From Candidatus Thorarchaeota archaeon (GTDB lineage Archaea; Asgardarchaeota; Thorarchaeia; Thorarchaeales; Thorarchaeaceae): 53,563 nt of DNA. The stretch lies in NCBI GenBank assembly GCA_048882045.1, contig JBHLRZ010000023.1, positions 1-53,563 of the forward strand, read 5' to 3'. The translations under genes and the position numbers were made by a program. Below, in pieces: positions 1 to 9,064 of this stretch; within the stretch, counting starts at the first letter, position 1, and every line of letters begins with the position of its first letter. Below the pieces are notes generated by a model. It saw only the letters and a list, made by a program, of their open reading frames with translations, ran no database searches and had not been told where the DNA came from.

Positions 1-632
1 GGGCAAGGAAGTAGACTTCAAGGTATTTAGTCAGTGGACCGGTTGCGGTCACCCATCCCAAGACTTCACGATAATCCGTTCACAGTCGTATCAGGCTTTC
101 TCAGAGCGGATCATCCTCGCCTCACAAACCCGAATCCCTTACATCCATCTCTATCCTGCACATTCAGTCTGGCATCATATCAAAACAGCATTAGTATACA
201 ATATTTTTGAACCTGAAAAAAACATACAACGGAGGAGTGATATTAGAACACCTACAATCAAGTAATTGTAATGCAAATTCGACTAAAAAGAAGACAGGGG
301 TCTTCAGACAAAGTCTAGTACTAGACCATCAAACAGATTCGATCTTAGAATTATGCATTTGAAGAGCACCAAGCTGTGCTCTTCATTGCATTCTCTGATA
401 GACTAAAGCTACTTCCCCTGAAACTGAGTCCATAATTCGGAGTCTATCGACATAGACAGAAGTGCAGAGACTCTCTGGATTCTCTTCATCTTAATTGTAG
501 GAGAAAGAAGGTAGAGAACTAGTGGTCATTGAAAGATGTGGTTGTTGGTTTGCTTAAACGCGTACTACGATAGTGTTTTTACATGCCGTGCATATCTTAT
601 GCACACCATTGGTCTGAGGAGAGAAGTCACTG

Positions 633-1775
633 ATGAAGGTCCTTGTACTAGGGTCAGGTCTCATGGGCAAAGGTGCTGCCTATGATCTGGTAAAACAAGA
701 CAGTGTTGAGGAAATCATCGTTGCAGATATTGATCCCAAATGTGCGGAAGCTTTAGCCAAAGAAGTCGGTCCGAAGGCTGTGGCTGAGACAGTTGATGCA
801 ACGAAGAAGAACCAGCTTGCCAAAGTGTTCTCAAAGGTCGACGCGGTAATCAGTGCGGTAAGCTACAAGGTCAATGTCCTGCATACTGAGGTTGCTATTG
901 AAACTGGAACTCACATGTGCGATCTTGGTGGAAACAAGTACATCGTTGAAGAACAGCTTGCCATGAATGACAAGGCAAAGGATGCAGGCATCACAGTCGT
1001 TCCTGATTGTGGCCTAGCTCCAGGAATGGTAAGTGTTCTTGCACGAGAGGGAATAGAGTACCTTGATAGAGTTGATAGTGTGAAGATACGAGTGGGAGGC
1101 CTTCAACAAGAACCAAGACCCCCTCTGAACTATTCACTGATCTTTGCAGTCGAAGGTCTGATCAATGAATACGTCGAACCATGTGTGGCAATCAGAAATG
1201 GCAAGATTGTCGAAGAAGATCCATTGGTCGGTTTTGAAGACATCACATTCCGAGAGCCTTTTGGAAAACTTGAGGCATTCAACACGAGTGGAGGGACATC
1301 CACGCTACCCCAGACATATCTTGGCAAGGTCAACAATCTCGACTATAAGACAATCCGCTATCCTGGACATGGGCACAAGATGTGGTGCTTGATGAAATTA
1401 GGGCTGATGGATAGTGAGGAGATAGATGCTGGAGGTGTGAAGGTCGCACCAAGACAAGTCCTTGAGTCATTGCTCGAGAAGAACCTACCACCATCAGGTA
1501 AAGATGTGACACTCCTGCGTGTTACTGTAGAAGGTTGGAAAGGTACCGAGGCCAGAATTGTCGAGTACGAAACCATCGATTACTTTGATGACGAATCTGG
1601 ACTTACTGCTATGATGCGGACCACTTCATTTCCTGCAGCTGTTACTGCAATGATGATGGCTGATGGACGTATCAGTGACAGAGGTGTTCTTACTCCAGAG
1701 CGGTGTATTCCTCCAGCTCCATTTATCGAGGAACTCAGAACACGCGGGATTGAGATCAAACATAGAGTGATATGA
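633..1775 (+). CDS. Saccharopine dehydrogenase / lysine 6-dehydrogenase family oxidoreductase
   Basis: N-terminal Rossmann motif VLGSGLMG; family motifs DLGG, CGLAPG, RVGGL, GLINEY, YKTIRYPGH, TAMMRTT; GAGGAG upstream. Confidence 0.9.
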   Translation: MKVLVLGSGLMGKGAAYDLVKQDSVEEIIVADIDPKCAEALAKEVGPKAVAETVDATKKNQLAKVFSKVDAVISAVSYKVNVLHTEVAIETGTHMCDLGGNKYIVEEQLAMNDKAKDAGITVVPDCGLAPGMVSVLAREGIEYLDRVDSVKIRVGGLQQEPRPPLNYSLIFAVEGLINEYVEPCVAIRNGKIVEEDPLVGFEDITFREPFGKLEAFNTSGGTSTLPQTYLGKVNNLDYKTIRYPGHGHKMWCLMKLGLMDSEEIDAGGVKVAPRQVLESLLEKNLPPSGKDVTLLRVTVEGWKGTEARIVEYETIDYFDDESGLTAMMRTTSFPAAVTAMMMADGRISDRGVLTPERCIPPAPFIEELRTRGIEIKHRVI

Positions 1776-1849
1776 GGGTCTTCAGAAAGCAGGACTACTG
1801 CTAAACCTTATCAGTTCTGAATCAAACGCATCGAAGAGGTTTTTGTGCC

Positions 1850-2554
1850 TTGAAAGTTTTGGTGATGAACGGTAGTCCACGCAAAGACCGTGGGGCAACA
1901 GGTAGCCTCCTTGCACATTTCATTGAAGGAATGAAGGAAGCTAAGGCTGATGTTGACCTTCTCTATACCAAAGGTCTGGACCTTGGTGACTGTCGAGGAT
2001 GTTTCAATTGCTGGTCGTCTACACCTGGAGAATGCATCCAAGATGATGAAATGAAACCGATACTTGGAAAAATAGCAGATGCCGACATCATCGTGTTGGC
2101 CACTCCGGTTTATGTGGATGGAATGACAGGATCACTCAAGACAGTACTTGACCGTTCCATTCCTCTTCTTCACGGAGCATTTGAGATCAGAGATGACCAT
2201 TGTCGCCATGCACTTCGTGAGGATGTTAAGGCAGGAAAGATTGTTCTCTTCTCTGTATGTGGATTCTATGAAATGGACAATTTTGACCCTCTGATAGCTC
2301 ACGTCAAGGCATTAAGCAAGAACATGAACCGTGAGTATGTTGGAGCCCTCCTTAGACCATATGCTTGGATAATTGAGCCCGGCATGAAGCAAGGCGCTCC
2401 ACTCGGATTCATTCTGGAAGCAATAAAGCGAGCGGGTCATCAATTGATATCTGAAGGGACCATGAGTGAAGAAACCATTTCAACAATAGCAAGTGAGATT
2501 GTACCACGAGAAAAAGTCGTAGAGTTGTTGAAACAGAGCTATGGTGACAAGTAG
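1850..2554 (+). CDS. Iron-sulfur flavoprotein / NADPH-dependent FMN reductase (flavodoxin-like fold)
   Basis: NGSPR...G.T FMN phosphate loop; compact CX2CX2CX7C motif (CRGCFNCWSSTPGEC); ADIIVLATPVY; TTG start. Confidence 0.88.
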   Translation: MKVLVMNGSPRKDRGATGSLLAHFIEGMKEAKADVDLLYTKGLDLGDCRGCFNCWSSTPGECIQDDEMKPILGKIADADIIVLATPVYVDGMTGSLKTVLDRSIPLLHGAFEIRDDHCRHALREDVKAGKIVLFSVCGFYEMDNFDPLIAHVKALSKNMNREYVGALLRPYAWIIEPGMKQGAPLGFILEAIKRAGHQLISEGTMSEETISTIASEIVPREKVVELLKQSYGDK

Positions 2555-2565
2555 GTATTGCAGTA

Positions 2566-2607
2566 TACATAATAATGTACTCATAGTAATGTGTACATAA
2601 TAATGTA
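2566..2607. promoter_or_regulatory. Three tandem 14-bp imperfect palindromes (TACAT-N4-ATGTA), probable operator
   Basis: TACATAATAATGTA (2566-2579), CTCATAGTAATGTG (2580-2593), TACATAATAATGTA (2594-2607), running into TATATA and ending 37 nt before an HTH gene. Confidence 0.65.
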
Positions 2608-2644
2608 TATATGCAACTTGGTCACTAATTTTGCTTGATTCAAA

Positions 2645-2929
2645 ATGATTCTCCCGATTTCATCACCAAGAGTTGATCTGGCACAGGCCATGATTGCAGT
2701 GCTTCAGGTGCTCAAAGAAGCCCCGTCAATGTCGATTGCTGGAATCTCTAAGGCAACTGGAATTGATAGGCGCACTGTAGCAAAAGCAGTCGATTTGATC
2801 ATGAAGGTCCAGAAAAGCCTGGCAACTCAAAAGATAGAGAGGGAGAAGGTAGGAAAAGCTTGGGTCATTAGTCTGAAGAAGAAGACATCTGAGATCATTG
2901 GTTCTGCGAAAAGTAAGATGAAACGGTGA
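2645..2929 (+). CDS. Small winged helix-turn-helix DNA-binding protein
   Basis: HTH pattern MSIAGISKATGIDRRTVAKAV followed by a wing-like EREKVGKAWVISL; basic, 94 aa. Confidence 0.75.
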   Translation: MILPISSPRVDLAQAMIAVLQVLKEAPSMSIAGISKATGIDRRTVAKAVDLIMKVQKSLATQKIEREKVGKAWVISLKKKTSEIIGSAKSKMKR

Positions 2930-2936
2930 ATGCAAC

Positions 2937-3467
2937 ATGTCAACGAGGGCCACGGTTTACTCTCTTCTAGTCCTATTTGTAATCCTCTCCACCTATACCT
3001 CCCATCTGTTGTGGTTCCAGGTTCAATGGAGAATGATTCCTCATATGCTTCTAATCATGTCTATTGCTTTGATTGGAGAGAATCTGGTGTCCTCTAAAGG
3101 ATACTATCATTATACTAGACAGGACCCAAATGGTCCATTTGTACGTAACACTCCTGTTTGGATTGTTTTTTTGTGGGTATTTTGTATTCAAGCAAGTCTC
3201 TTGATACCTCTTGCATTAGGATTTGGAGCGTTGTCATCAATTCTGACCTCTGGTCTAATTGCATCTTCAATTGACTTCTATTTCTTTGAACCATATATGA
3301 GTAGAAGGAGGAAGCTATGGCTCTGGAATTCTGTTGACAGTGGATATTTCGGTTTTATTCCATCACGTTTGAATAGATTCACTGCACCACCTGGGAATTA
3401 CATTACATGGCTTGTTTTCCCAATCCTTGCGAATTCTTTTCTTGCCCTTTTGTGCATCCTGCCCTGA
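2937..3467 (+). CDS. Integral membrane protein, CruF-like (carotenoid 1,2-hydratase, Caroten_synth family)
   Basis: Several TM helices with the CruF-type motif order E....GYYHY, GP....P.WI...W, D....EP, W.W, PPGNYITW. Confidence 0.6.
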   Translation: MSTRATVYSLLVLFVILSTYTSHLLWFQVQWRMIPHMLLIMSIALIGENLVSSKGYYHYTRQDPNGPFVRNTPVWIVFLWVFCIQASLLIPLALGFGALSSILTSGLIASSIDFYFFEPYMSRRRKLWLWNSVDSGYFGFIPSRLNRFTAPPGNYITWLVFPILANSFLALLCILP

Positions 3468-3578
3468 TCGGTAGAAAACGCTACTGCGCGAATCACTAAA
3501 ATCCTGTAAAAGCTATGTTAAGAAGAAATTCTTGCGTAGAAGGAAACCGCTAATGTGCTCCTTGAATTGATAATTACT

Positions 3579-4484
3579 ATGATCAAAGAGATTTCCCTAG
3601 AACGTCTTGATGACATTCACCCGATAATTGACCGATTCAGAGAAAGCATTGGTAACAGGGCAGTTCCTGATGATTTTTCTGAAAAGATTCGTGATTCAGT
3701 AGCAAATGACAGAGCGAGTCTTTTCGGTGATTTCGCTGATGACGGATCTTTGCGAGGTATTGGACTCTTTGGAAAAGTAAACAATAGAATTTCCTTCGTC
3801 TTTGCAGATGGTGATTTCGAGATTGAGAAGACTATTGCAACTGCTCTCTTTGACAAGTTTTCCCCAAAGAGGTCCTATATTGTAGCAAGTGGACTCTGGA
3901 TTTCAGAGTCAATGTCTCAGCTACTGGTTGAGATTGGTTTTTCAAAACATGACCGAGTATATATGACATTGACTAGGGAAAGTGTTGAAGATCTACCAGA
4001 ACCCATTATCTTAGAGGGTATGCATTTCGATTCCTATATTGAAAAAGACCGTCAGGCAATCTCAGATCTTGTATTCAAATGCAATGATGGTCATGTTGAT
4101 CAAGATGTCTTTCCTGAATTCTTTGAAACGCCAGAGAGTTGTTTACGACTTGTGAAACACATTGAGGAAAGCAAGTACGGAGAATACAAAGAAGGACACT
4201 CTTGGATTTTACGAAAGGGAGATCAGAATATTGGCGTCTGTTTCATGACATGCAGAAATGGAGATACTGGATATATTCCTGATATTGTTCTTGAACCCGA
4301 ATTCCGTGGTCAAGGATTAGGGAAGGCGATTCTTGTCCAGTCAATGAAGCGACAACTTGAATCTGATTCTGCTATATCAAAAGTAGATCTTGATGTCACA
4401 CTCAACAACAATGCTCGATTTCTGTACAGGTCACTAGGTTTCAAAGATGTTCAAGAATATACAATGTATACTTGGAAGAAATGA
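3579..4484 (+). CDS. GNAT-family N-acetyltransferase
   Basis: Acetyl-CoA motif A (VLEPEFRGQGLGKAIL) and motif B (NARFLYRSLGF) in the C-terminal domain; ATG 3579 preferred over GTG 3555. Confidence 0.85.
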   Translation: MIKEISLERLDDIHPIIDRFRESIGNRAVPDDFSEKIRDSVANDRASLFGDFADDGSLRGIGLFGKVNNRISFVFADGDFEIEKTIATALFDKFSPKRSYIVASGLWISESMSQLLVEIGFSKHDRVYMTLTRESVEDLPEPIILEGMHFDSYIEKDRQAISDLVFKCNDGHVDQDVFPEFFETPESCLRLVKHIEESKYGEYKEGHSWILRKGDQNIGVCFMTCRNGDTGYIPDIVLEPEFRGQGLGKAILVQSMKRQLESDSAISKVDLDVTLNNNARFLYRSLGFKDVQEYTMYTWKK

Positions 4485-4538
4485 ATTCCAGTGAAACCAT
4501 TAAATTAGTGGGGAGCTCTTTCTGTTAGCGTGGCAGCT

Positions 4539-5762
4539 ATGAGTAAGTACAGTAAAATCTACTCCAAGATTTTGAATGCCCAAGAAGTTCTGCGTGGTAT
4601 AAAACACACAACTCGTCTTGATACATCATCAACATTCAGTCGATTCTCTGGTGGTCATGTCCATCTCAAACTAGAGAACCTACAGAAGACTGGATCTTTC
4701 AAAGTGAGAGGTGCAGCCTACGCCATGTCCCAGCTCGATGAGAAGGAGAAGAAGGTTGGTGTTATCGCGGCTAGTGCTGGGAATCACGCACAGGGTGTTG
4801 CCTACGCTGCAACAAGATTGGGAATCAAATCAACAATAGTAATGCCAGTATTCTCACCTGTTGCAAAGATTCAAGCTACAGAAGCATATGGAGCTAATGT
4901 TGTGCTACACGGAACAGTCTTCGATGAAGCGTTGGCTCATGCCCGAGAAACAGCGGAAAAGACTGGCGCGACTTTTCTTCATCCGTTCAATGATGAGGAT
5001 GTCATCGCTGGACAAGGTACCATCGGATTGGAGATAATGGATGAATGCGCTGACGTTGAAGTCATTGCAGTTCCTATTGGTGGGGGTGGTCTTGCTGCTG
5101 GGATTGCCATAGCTGTAAAAGAACAGAGACCAGACATTGAGTTGTATGGAGTTGAGGCTGCTTCAGCGGCGTCGATGAAGGCTTCGTTTGATAATGGAAA
5201 AATTACCAATGTGGAAAATATAGATACAATCTGTGATGGTATCGCTGTCAAGAGGCCTGGAAAGCTCACATATAAGATTTGTAAAGATTTGTTAACAGAT
5301 GTTGTCACGGTCGAGGAACTAGAAGTCACTCGGACATTGTTCATGCTTCTCGAAAGAGCAAAGATAGTTGTGGAACCAGCAGGTTGCGTAGGTCTTGCTG
5401 CGTTCCATCACAAGAAGATAGATGTCACTGGAAAGACAGCGGTCGCTGTACTCTCAGGAGGGAACATCGACATGTCGTTCCTATCCAAGGTTGTTGAGAA
5501 AGAGCTATTCCGACTGGGTCGCTCAGTACGTGTTCGTGGTTCCATTCTTGACAGAGTGGGGAGCATGAGTAAAATCCTAAGTGTCGTTGCAGAATCTGGA
5601 GTCAGTATTATTGAGATCAACCAAGACCGGTTCGATCCAGACATCATGCCAAATAGAGCTGAGCTTGAGATGATTCTTGAGGTTCCTGATGAAAAAGCAG
5701 TCAAGAAGATGCTCAAGATGCTGGATGAACAAGGACTAGAATTTAGAGTCTATGAAGACTGA
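4539..5762 (+). CDS. ilvA: Threonine ammonia-lyase (dehydratase) with C-terminal ACT domain
   Basis: PLP lysine motif KLENLQKTGSFKVRGA, ASAGNHAQG, PIGGGGL, VLSGGN; ACT-like C-terminus (ILDRVGSMSKIL). Alternative GTG start at 4530. Confidence 0.93.
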   Translation: MSKYSKIYSKILNAQEVLRGIKHTTRLDTSSTFSRFSGGHVHLKLENLQKTGSFKVRGAAYAMSQLDEKEKKVGVIAASAGNHAQGVAYAATRLGIKSTIVMPVFSPVAKIQATEAYGANVVLHGTVFDEALAHARETAEKTGATFLHPFNDEDVIAGQGTIGLEIMDECADVEVIAVPIGGGGLAAGIAIAVKEQRPDIELYGVEAASAASMKASFDNGKITNVENIDTICDGIAVKRPGKLTYKICKDLLTDVVTVEELEVTRTLFMLLERAKIVVEPAGCVGLAAFHHKKIDVTGKTAVAVLSGGNIDMSFLSKVVEKELFRLGRSVRVRGSILDRVGSMSKILSVVAESGVSIIEINQDRFDPDIMPNRAELEMILEVPDEKAVKKMLKMLDEQGLEFRVYED

Positions 5763-5795
5763 CTGCTTCTTACTATGGATTATTTGTACACCTGC

Positions 5796-7409
5796 TTAAA
5801 TCAGTGGTAGACTAGTCACTATGACTAACGCAAGTAGAAATGCAGATAGTATCACTGCTGGCCAAGTGTTTTCGAACCTCATTGCAGTAAACACTGTCAA
5901 GAAAGTTATCAGGACTTGGATGGTTGCAATCAATATGAGCAAATAACCAAGTACAACAAGAGTTCCACCAGTCAAACCCAATCCTCCCAAAGAAAACGCA
6001 AAGAGAACAGCACAGACCGAGGAAGCAGCAAGTCTCGCGACAAGTGCGAAGGCTGTTTTCTTGATATCGTTCAGGTACATTGGCGCCTGTTCGTTCCAAT
6101 CACGATGACTGAGTAAGAGACCTCTGACCCAGGCGGCTTCAACAACTAGAAATGGTATCGACAGGACTGCTAATACGAATGTGTCGAAAGCTTTGATTCC
6201 CACAGGCCACCGTAGGAACAATATGTAAGAGTGTGGACTCATTGTTTCTGGCAGTCCTGCAATTGCCAACCATATCATTATCCAGAAGATTGGAATAGCT
6301 ACGATAGCTAGACTCTTCACAATGTCGAACACAGGTTCTCTGATCCTAGATCGCTCTACACCAACCGAGGACAGAGCTAACTGGGTCTCGTTCATTCCCA
6401 GAAAGAATATCATCAGAATAAGAAGACCAATCAATCCTAAATAGTAGGAAATTAGGAGATCAGTTCCAAACAGAAAATTAAGCCATGCTCTGCTACCAAG
6501 AATGGATCCTGCAGAAATCGTTACAACGAAGATGACCATAGTTGCTATGCCCATCAGAGAACTGAGAAGGAATGTTTTTTGGAAACTAAGTGAGTTTGTT
6601 TTAAGAGGGATTCTTCTCGGTCGGAGTCTATCAGACAGTGTATCATAGACTAGCATCATTATTGGAATTGTTGAGATAAGAAGAAATATTGATCCCATGA
6701 TTGTAGCGAGTGTCTTGTTGAAGTATATCTGAGTGTTCGGATCCCGCGTGATGGCAAGCTGATCATCTCCCTGAATGTTTTGAATAAGCCATGTAGTGGT
6801 TTCACTAACAATTGACGCACCAAAACCTGCTTTAACCGTCAGGTTTGCAGGTAAATTTGAGTACTGACTCAACGCCATCTGTCCGACATCACCAACTGCT
6901 GCAAATGCAGAGGGTGCTATTGGAAAGTCCGTCAACTCTATTCCGACTCGGAATCCAAATGAGTATGAAACAATACCATAGGTCTCGTTGTCGACATTCG
7001 AAAAAGTCGTTTGGACATGCCGAAGAGCAAAGTAAGCGTCTTCTGCCATCGCATCAAAATCTGTGGCGTCGAAAGTAAGAGTTGAGTCCCCATGACCTGG
7101 AAGATCAATGGCTACAACAGTGAAGTTCCTTCTTGCAAGCTCGATGTTGAAAGGATACATCCCTTCTTTAGAGTCAGCAAGTCCATGAATGGACAGGATG
7201 ATTGGTGTTGGCTCCAAGAGTCCGCCCAACGCTTCGTCCCGAGGTTGGTAAACCAATATTTCCACAGGTCTTCCTATCTCCCTCTCCAATGATAACCTCT
7301 GAACTGTTATCTGTCCCATCCCCGTATCGACGGACCACGATAGATAGAGGGATGATCCTATCAGTATTCCAAGGATGAATACTGTGAAGTAGAGGTGTTG
7401 CCTTTCCAT
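5796..7409 (-). CDS. Membrane protein: N-terminal TM, alpha/beta-hydrolase-like domain (apparently degenerate), multi-TM C-terminus
   Basis: IHGLADSKE, VAIDLPGHGDS hydrolase motifs; nucleophile elbow reads SYSFG; about 8 C-terminal TM segments. ATG 7409 has GGTGA upstream and avoids overlap with the preceding gene. Confidence 0.7.
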   Translation of the reverse strand: MERQHLYFTVFILGILIGSSLYLSWSVDTGMGQITVQRLSLEREIGRPVEILVYQPRDEALGGLLEPTPIILSIHGLADSKEGMYPFNIELARRNFTVVAIDLPGHGDSTLTFDATDFDAMAEDAYFALRHVQTTFSNVDNETYGIVSYSFGFRVGIELTDFPIAPSAFAAVGDVGQMALSQYSNLPANLTVKAGFGASIVSETTTWLIQNIQGDDQLAITRDPNTQIYFNKTLATIMGSIFLLISTIPIMMLVYDTLSDRLRPRRIPLKTNSLSFQKTFLLSSLMGIATMVIFVVTISAGSILGSRAWLNFLFGTDLLISYYLGLIGLLILMIFFLGMNETQLALSSVGVERSRIREPVFDIVKSLAIVAIPIFWIMIWLAIAGLPETMSPHSYILFLRWPVGIKAFDTFVLAVLSIPFLVVEAAWVRGLLLSHRDWNEQAPMYLNDIKKTAFALVARLAASSVCAVLFAFSLGGLGLTGGTLVVLGYLLILIATIQVLITFLTVFTAMRFENTWPAVILSAFLLALVIVTSLPLI

Positions 7410-7470
7410 GTGGCTCACCGGATGCATTGTATTTGGCTCTCCTCTCATTGTCATAAAGGTGACGATTGAA

Positions 7471-9015
7471 TTATTGCAGTTTTCCGAGTTCCCATGCGAT
7501 GATGACAAAAAGAATTCCTACGAACATTAGATATAGCCCAGCTGAAATCTGAATGATGGGTGGGAATAGTGCAAATTCGGTGTAATCCAAGATGCTTGTG
7601 AATATCAGTATTAATCCAATCAGGAATAGAAAACAGGGAATAGCCTTAGTGCATATCCATTCATTGTGACGCGGTCCGGTCAAGCGGAGACACAAGAACA
7701 TTGTAAGTGATACTATGTCTCCGAATAGATAGAAACCTGCAGTTTCTGGCGAAAGAACCATGATAGTAGCGCTATACAAGATTATGAATAACACAAACCC
7801 AATGGACCTTCTGAAACGAAATGTCCAATGTGGTTCATTTTTTTCATCCTCTTCTTGAAATAAGGGTGGACTGATCTGTTCAGGAATTTCTACATCGAGA
7901 TTTTCAGGGGTTATCAATGACGGATTGGACAACTCACCACCAAACCTTCCCTGTTCCCGCACATTGACAACTAAGGTTATCACAATCATAAACAAGTAGA
8001 AACTGATGAATAACCAATAGAGATAGTACGAATCCTTGTAACCAAAGACACTGTCTATTCCTACCATAAAGAAGTAGGCTCCTATAATCAGGAAGAAACA
8101 AGGACAGAATGCATCGATCCTTATGGGTTTCTTGATTCTTGACATCAAAATGAAGAAGATGATGACAATGTCCACCACCAGAATGACCAAGGCAGATGCT
8201 GCATATTCCAAGGTCATTTGAACTATGGCTGGAAGCATCAACAGAGCACTGTAGACTAGTGTTGCTATCAGCAGATTGTTGGATTTAGAATAGTCTAGTT
8301 TTGTGAGGTCGACTTTAGGAGGAGGTTCATAGTGTTCATCGTATAATCCAAGGTCCATCTGTAGATTCATGTCCATCTCTTCAAGCCCTTGGATCGCATC
8401 AGGATATTTTCTACCGCTCTTGGTAGCAATTCCCCATGGTGTTCCCATATAAGACTGAATGACTAGTCCTTTGTCACCATCAAGAGTTATTGAAGTGTCA
8501 AAATCAAGAGCGATCTCTTCTCCTATAATCTTGGGGAGCTCGAAGGCTTGTTCTAGCTTTGATCTGACACTTTCGGTTTCCAATTTCTCCGAAAGGTCCT
8601 CCTTCATTTTGCCTTCTAGTTGGTTTCTGAGTTGTTGAGGAATCTGAGCACATTCTAAGGTTCTGCAATCTCCGACTGCAATCATCCACCCATCTACAGT
8701 CCCATAACTCTCTACAAAGATAGGTTTGATAACTAGACACTTTTCAATATCCTGAACAATGATAGTACGTGGCACACCGATAACGAATACGTACGTAATA
8801 TCCTCCAGGGCTCCAAGTAGTGATTCTACACCCTGTTGCTGAACAGCTAGCGAATCAGTCGAGTAGAGAAGAGTCCCTTTTTCATTGATTATTGTAATTT
8901 TATCGTAGGATAGTTTGTCACGATAGTGCTCCAGCAACTGCATTGCCTGTTCAAGCAGAACAGGGTCGTTTGTCCTGTCCAACTGTACCCACGATATCTG
9001 AAGGTGCTTTGGCAC
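7471..9015 (-). CDS. Hypothetical membrane protein: soluble N-terminal domain (possibly roadblock-like) plus two duplicated 4-TM modules
   Basis: 514-aa ORF; two hydrophobic blocks each carrying YSA..M, DIV, PCF...IG, YL. Confidence 0.65.
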   Translation of the reverse strand: MPKHLQISWVQLDRTNDPVLLEQAMQLLEHYRDKLSYDKITIINEKGTLLYSTDSLAVQQQGVESLLGALEDITYVFVIGVPRTIIVQDIEKCLVIKPIFVESYGTVDGWMIAVGDCRTLECAQIPQQLRNQLEGKMKEDLSEKLETESVRSKLEQAFELPKIIGEEIALDFDTSITLDGDKGLVIQSYMGTPWGIATKSGRKYPDAIQGLEEMDMNLQMDLGLYDEHYEPPPKVDLTKLDYSKSNNLLIATLVYSALLMLPAIVQMTLEYAASALVILVVDIVIIFFILMSRIKKPIRIDAFCPCFFLIIGAYFFMVGIDSVFGYKDSYYLYWLFISFYLFMIVITLVVNVREQGRFGGELSNPSLITPENLDVEIPEQISPPLFQEEDEKNEPHWTFRFRRSIGFVLFIILYSATIMVLSPETAGFYLFGDIVSLTMFLCLRLTGPRHNEWICTKAIPCFLFLIGLILIFTSILDYTEFALFPPIIQISAGLYLMFVGILFVIIAWELGKLQ

Positions 9016-9064
9016 AGCATATCCTTTTCGGACATAGTGATTTCGTCAAACAACATGGACTTGC

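Noticed and set aside
298-1786. 11-bp direct repeat GGGTCTTCAGA at 298-308 and 1776-1786 flanking the dehydrogenase gene
   Set aside because: A match this short is expected by chance over about 2 kb, and there is no mobility gene.
2566-2607. CRISPR-like or simple tandem repeat
   Set aside because: Units are 14 bp with no spacers and there are no cas genes; better explained as an operator.
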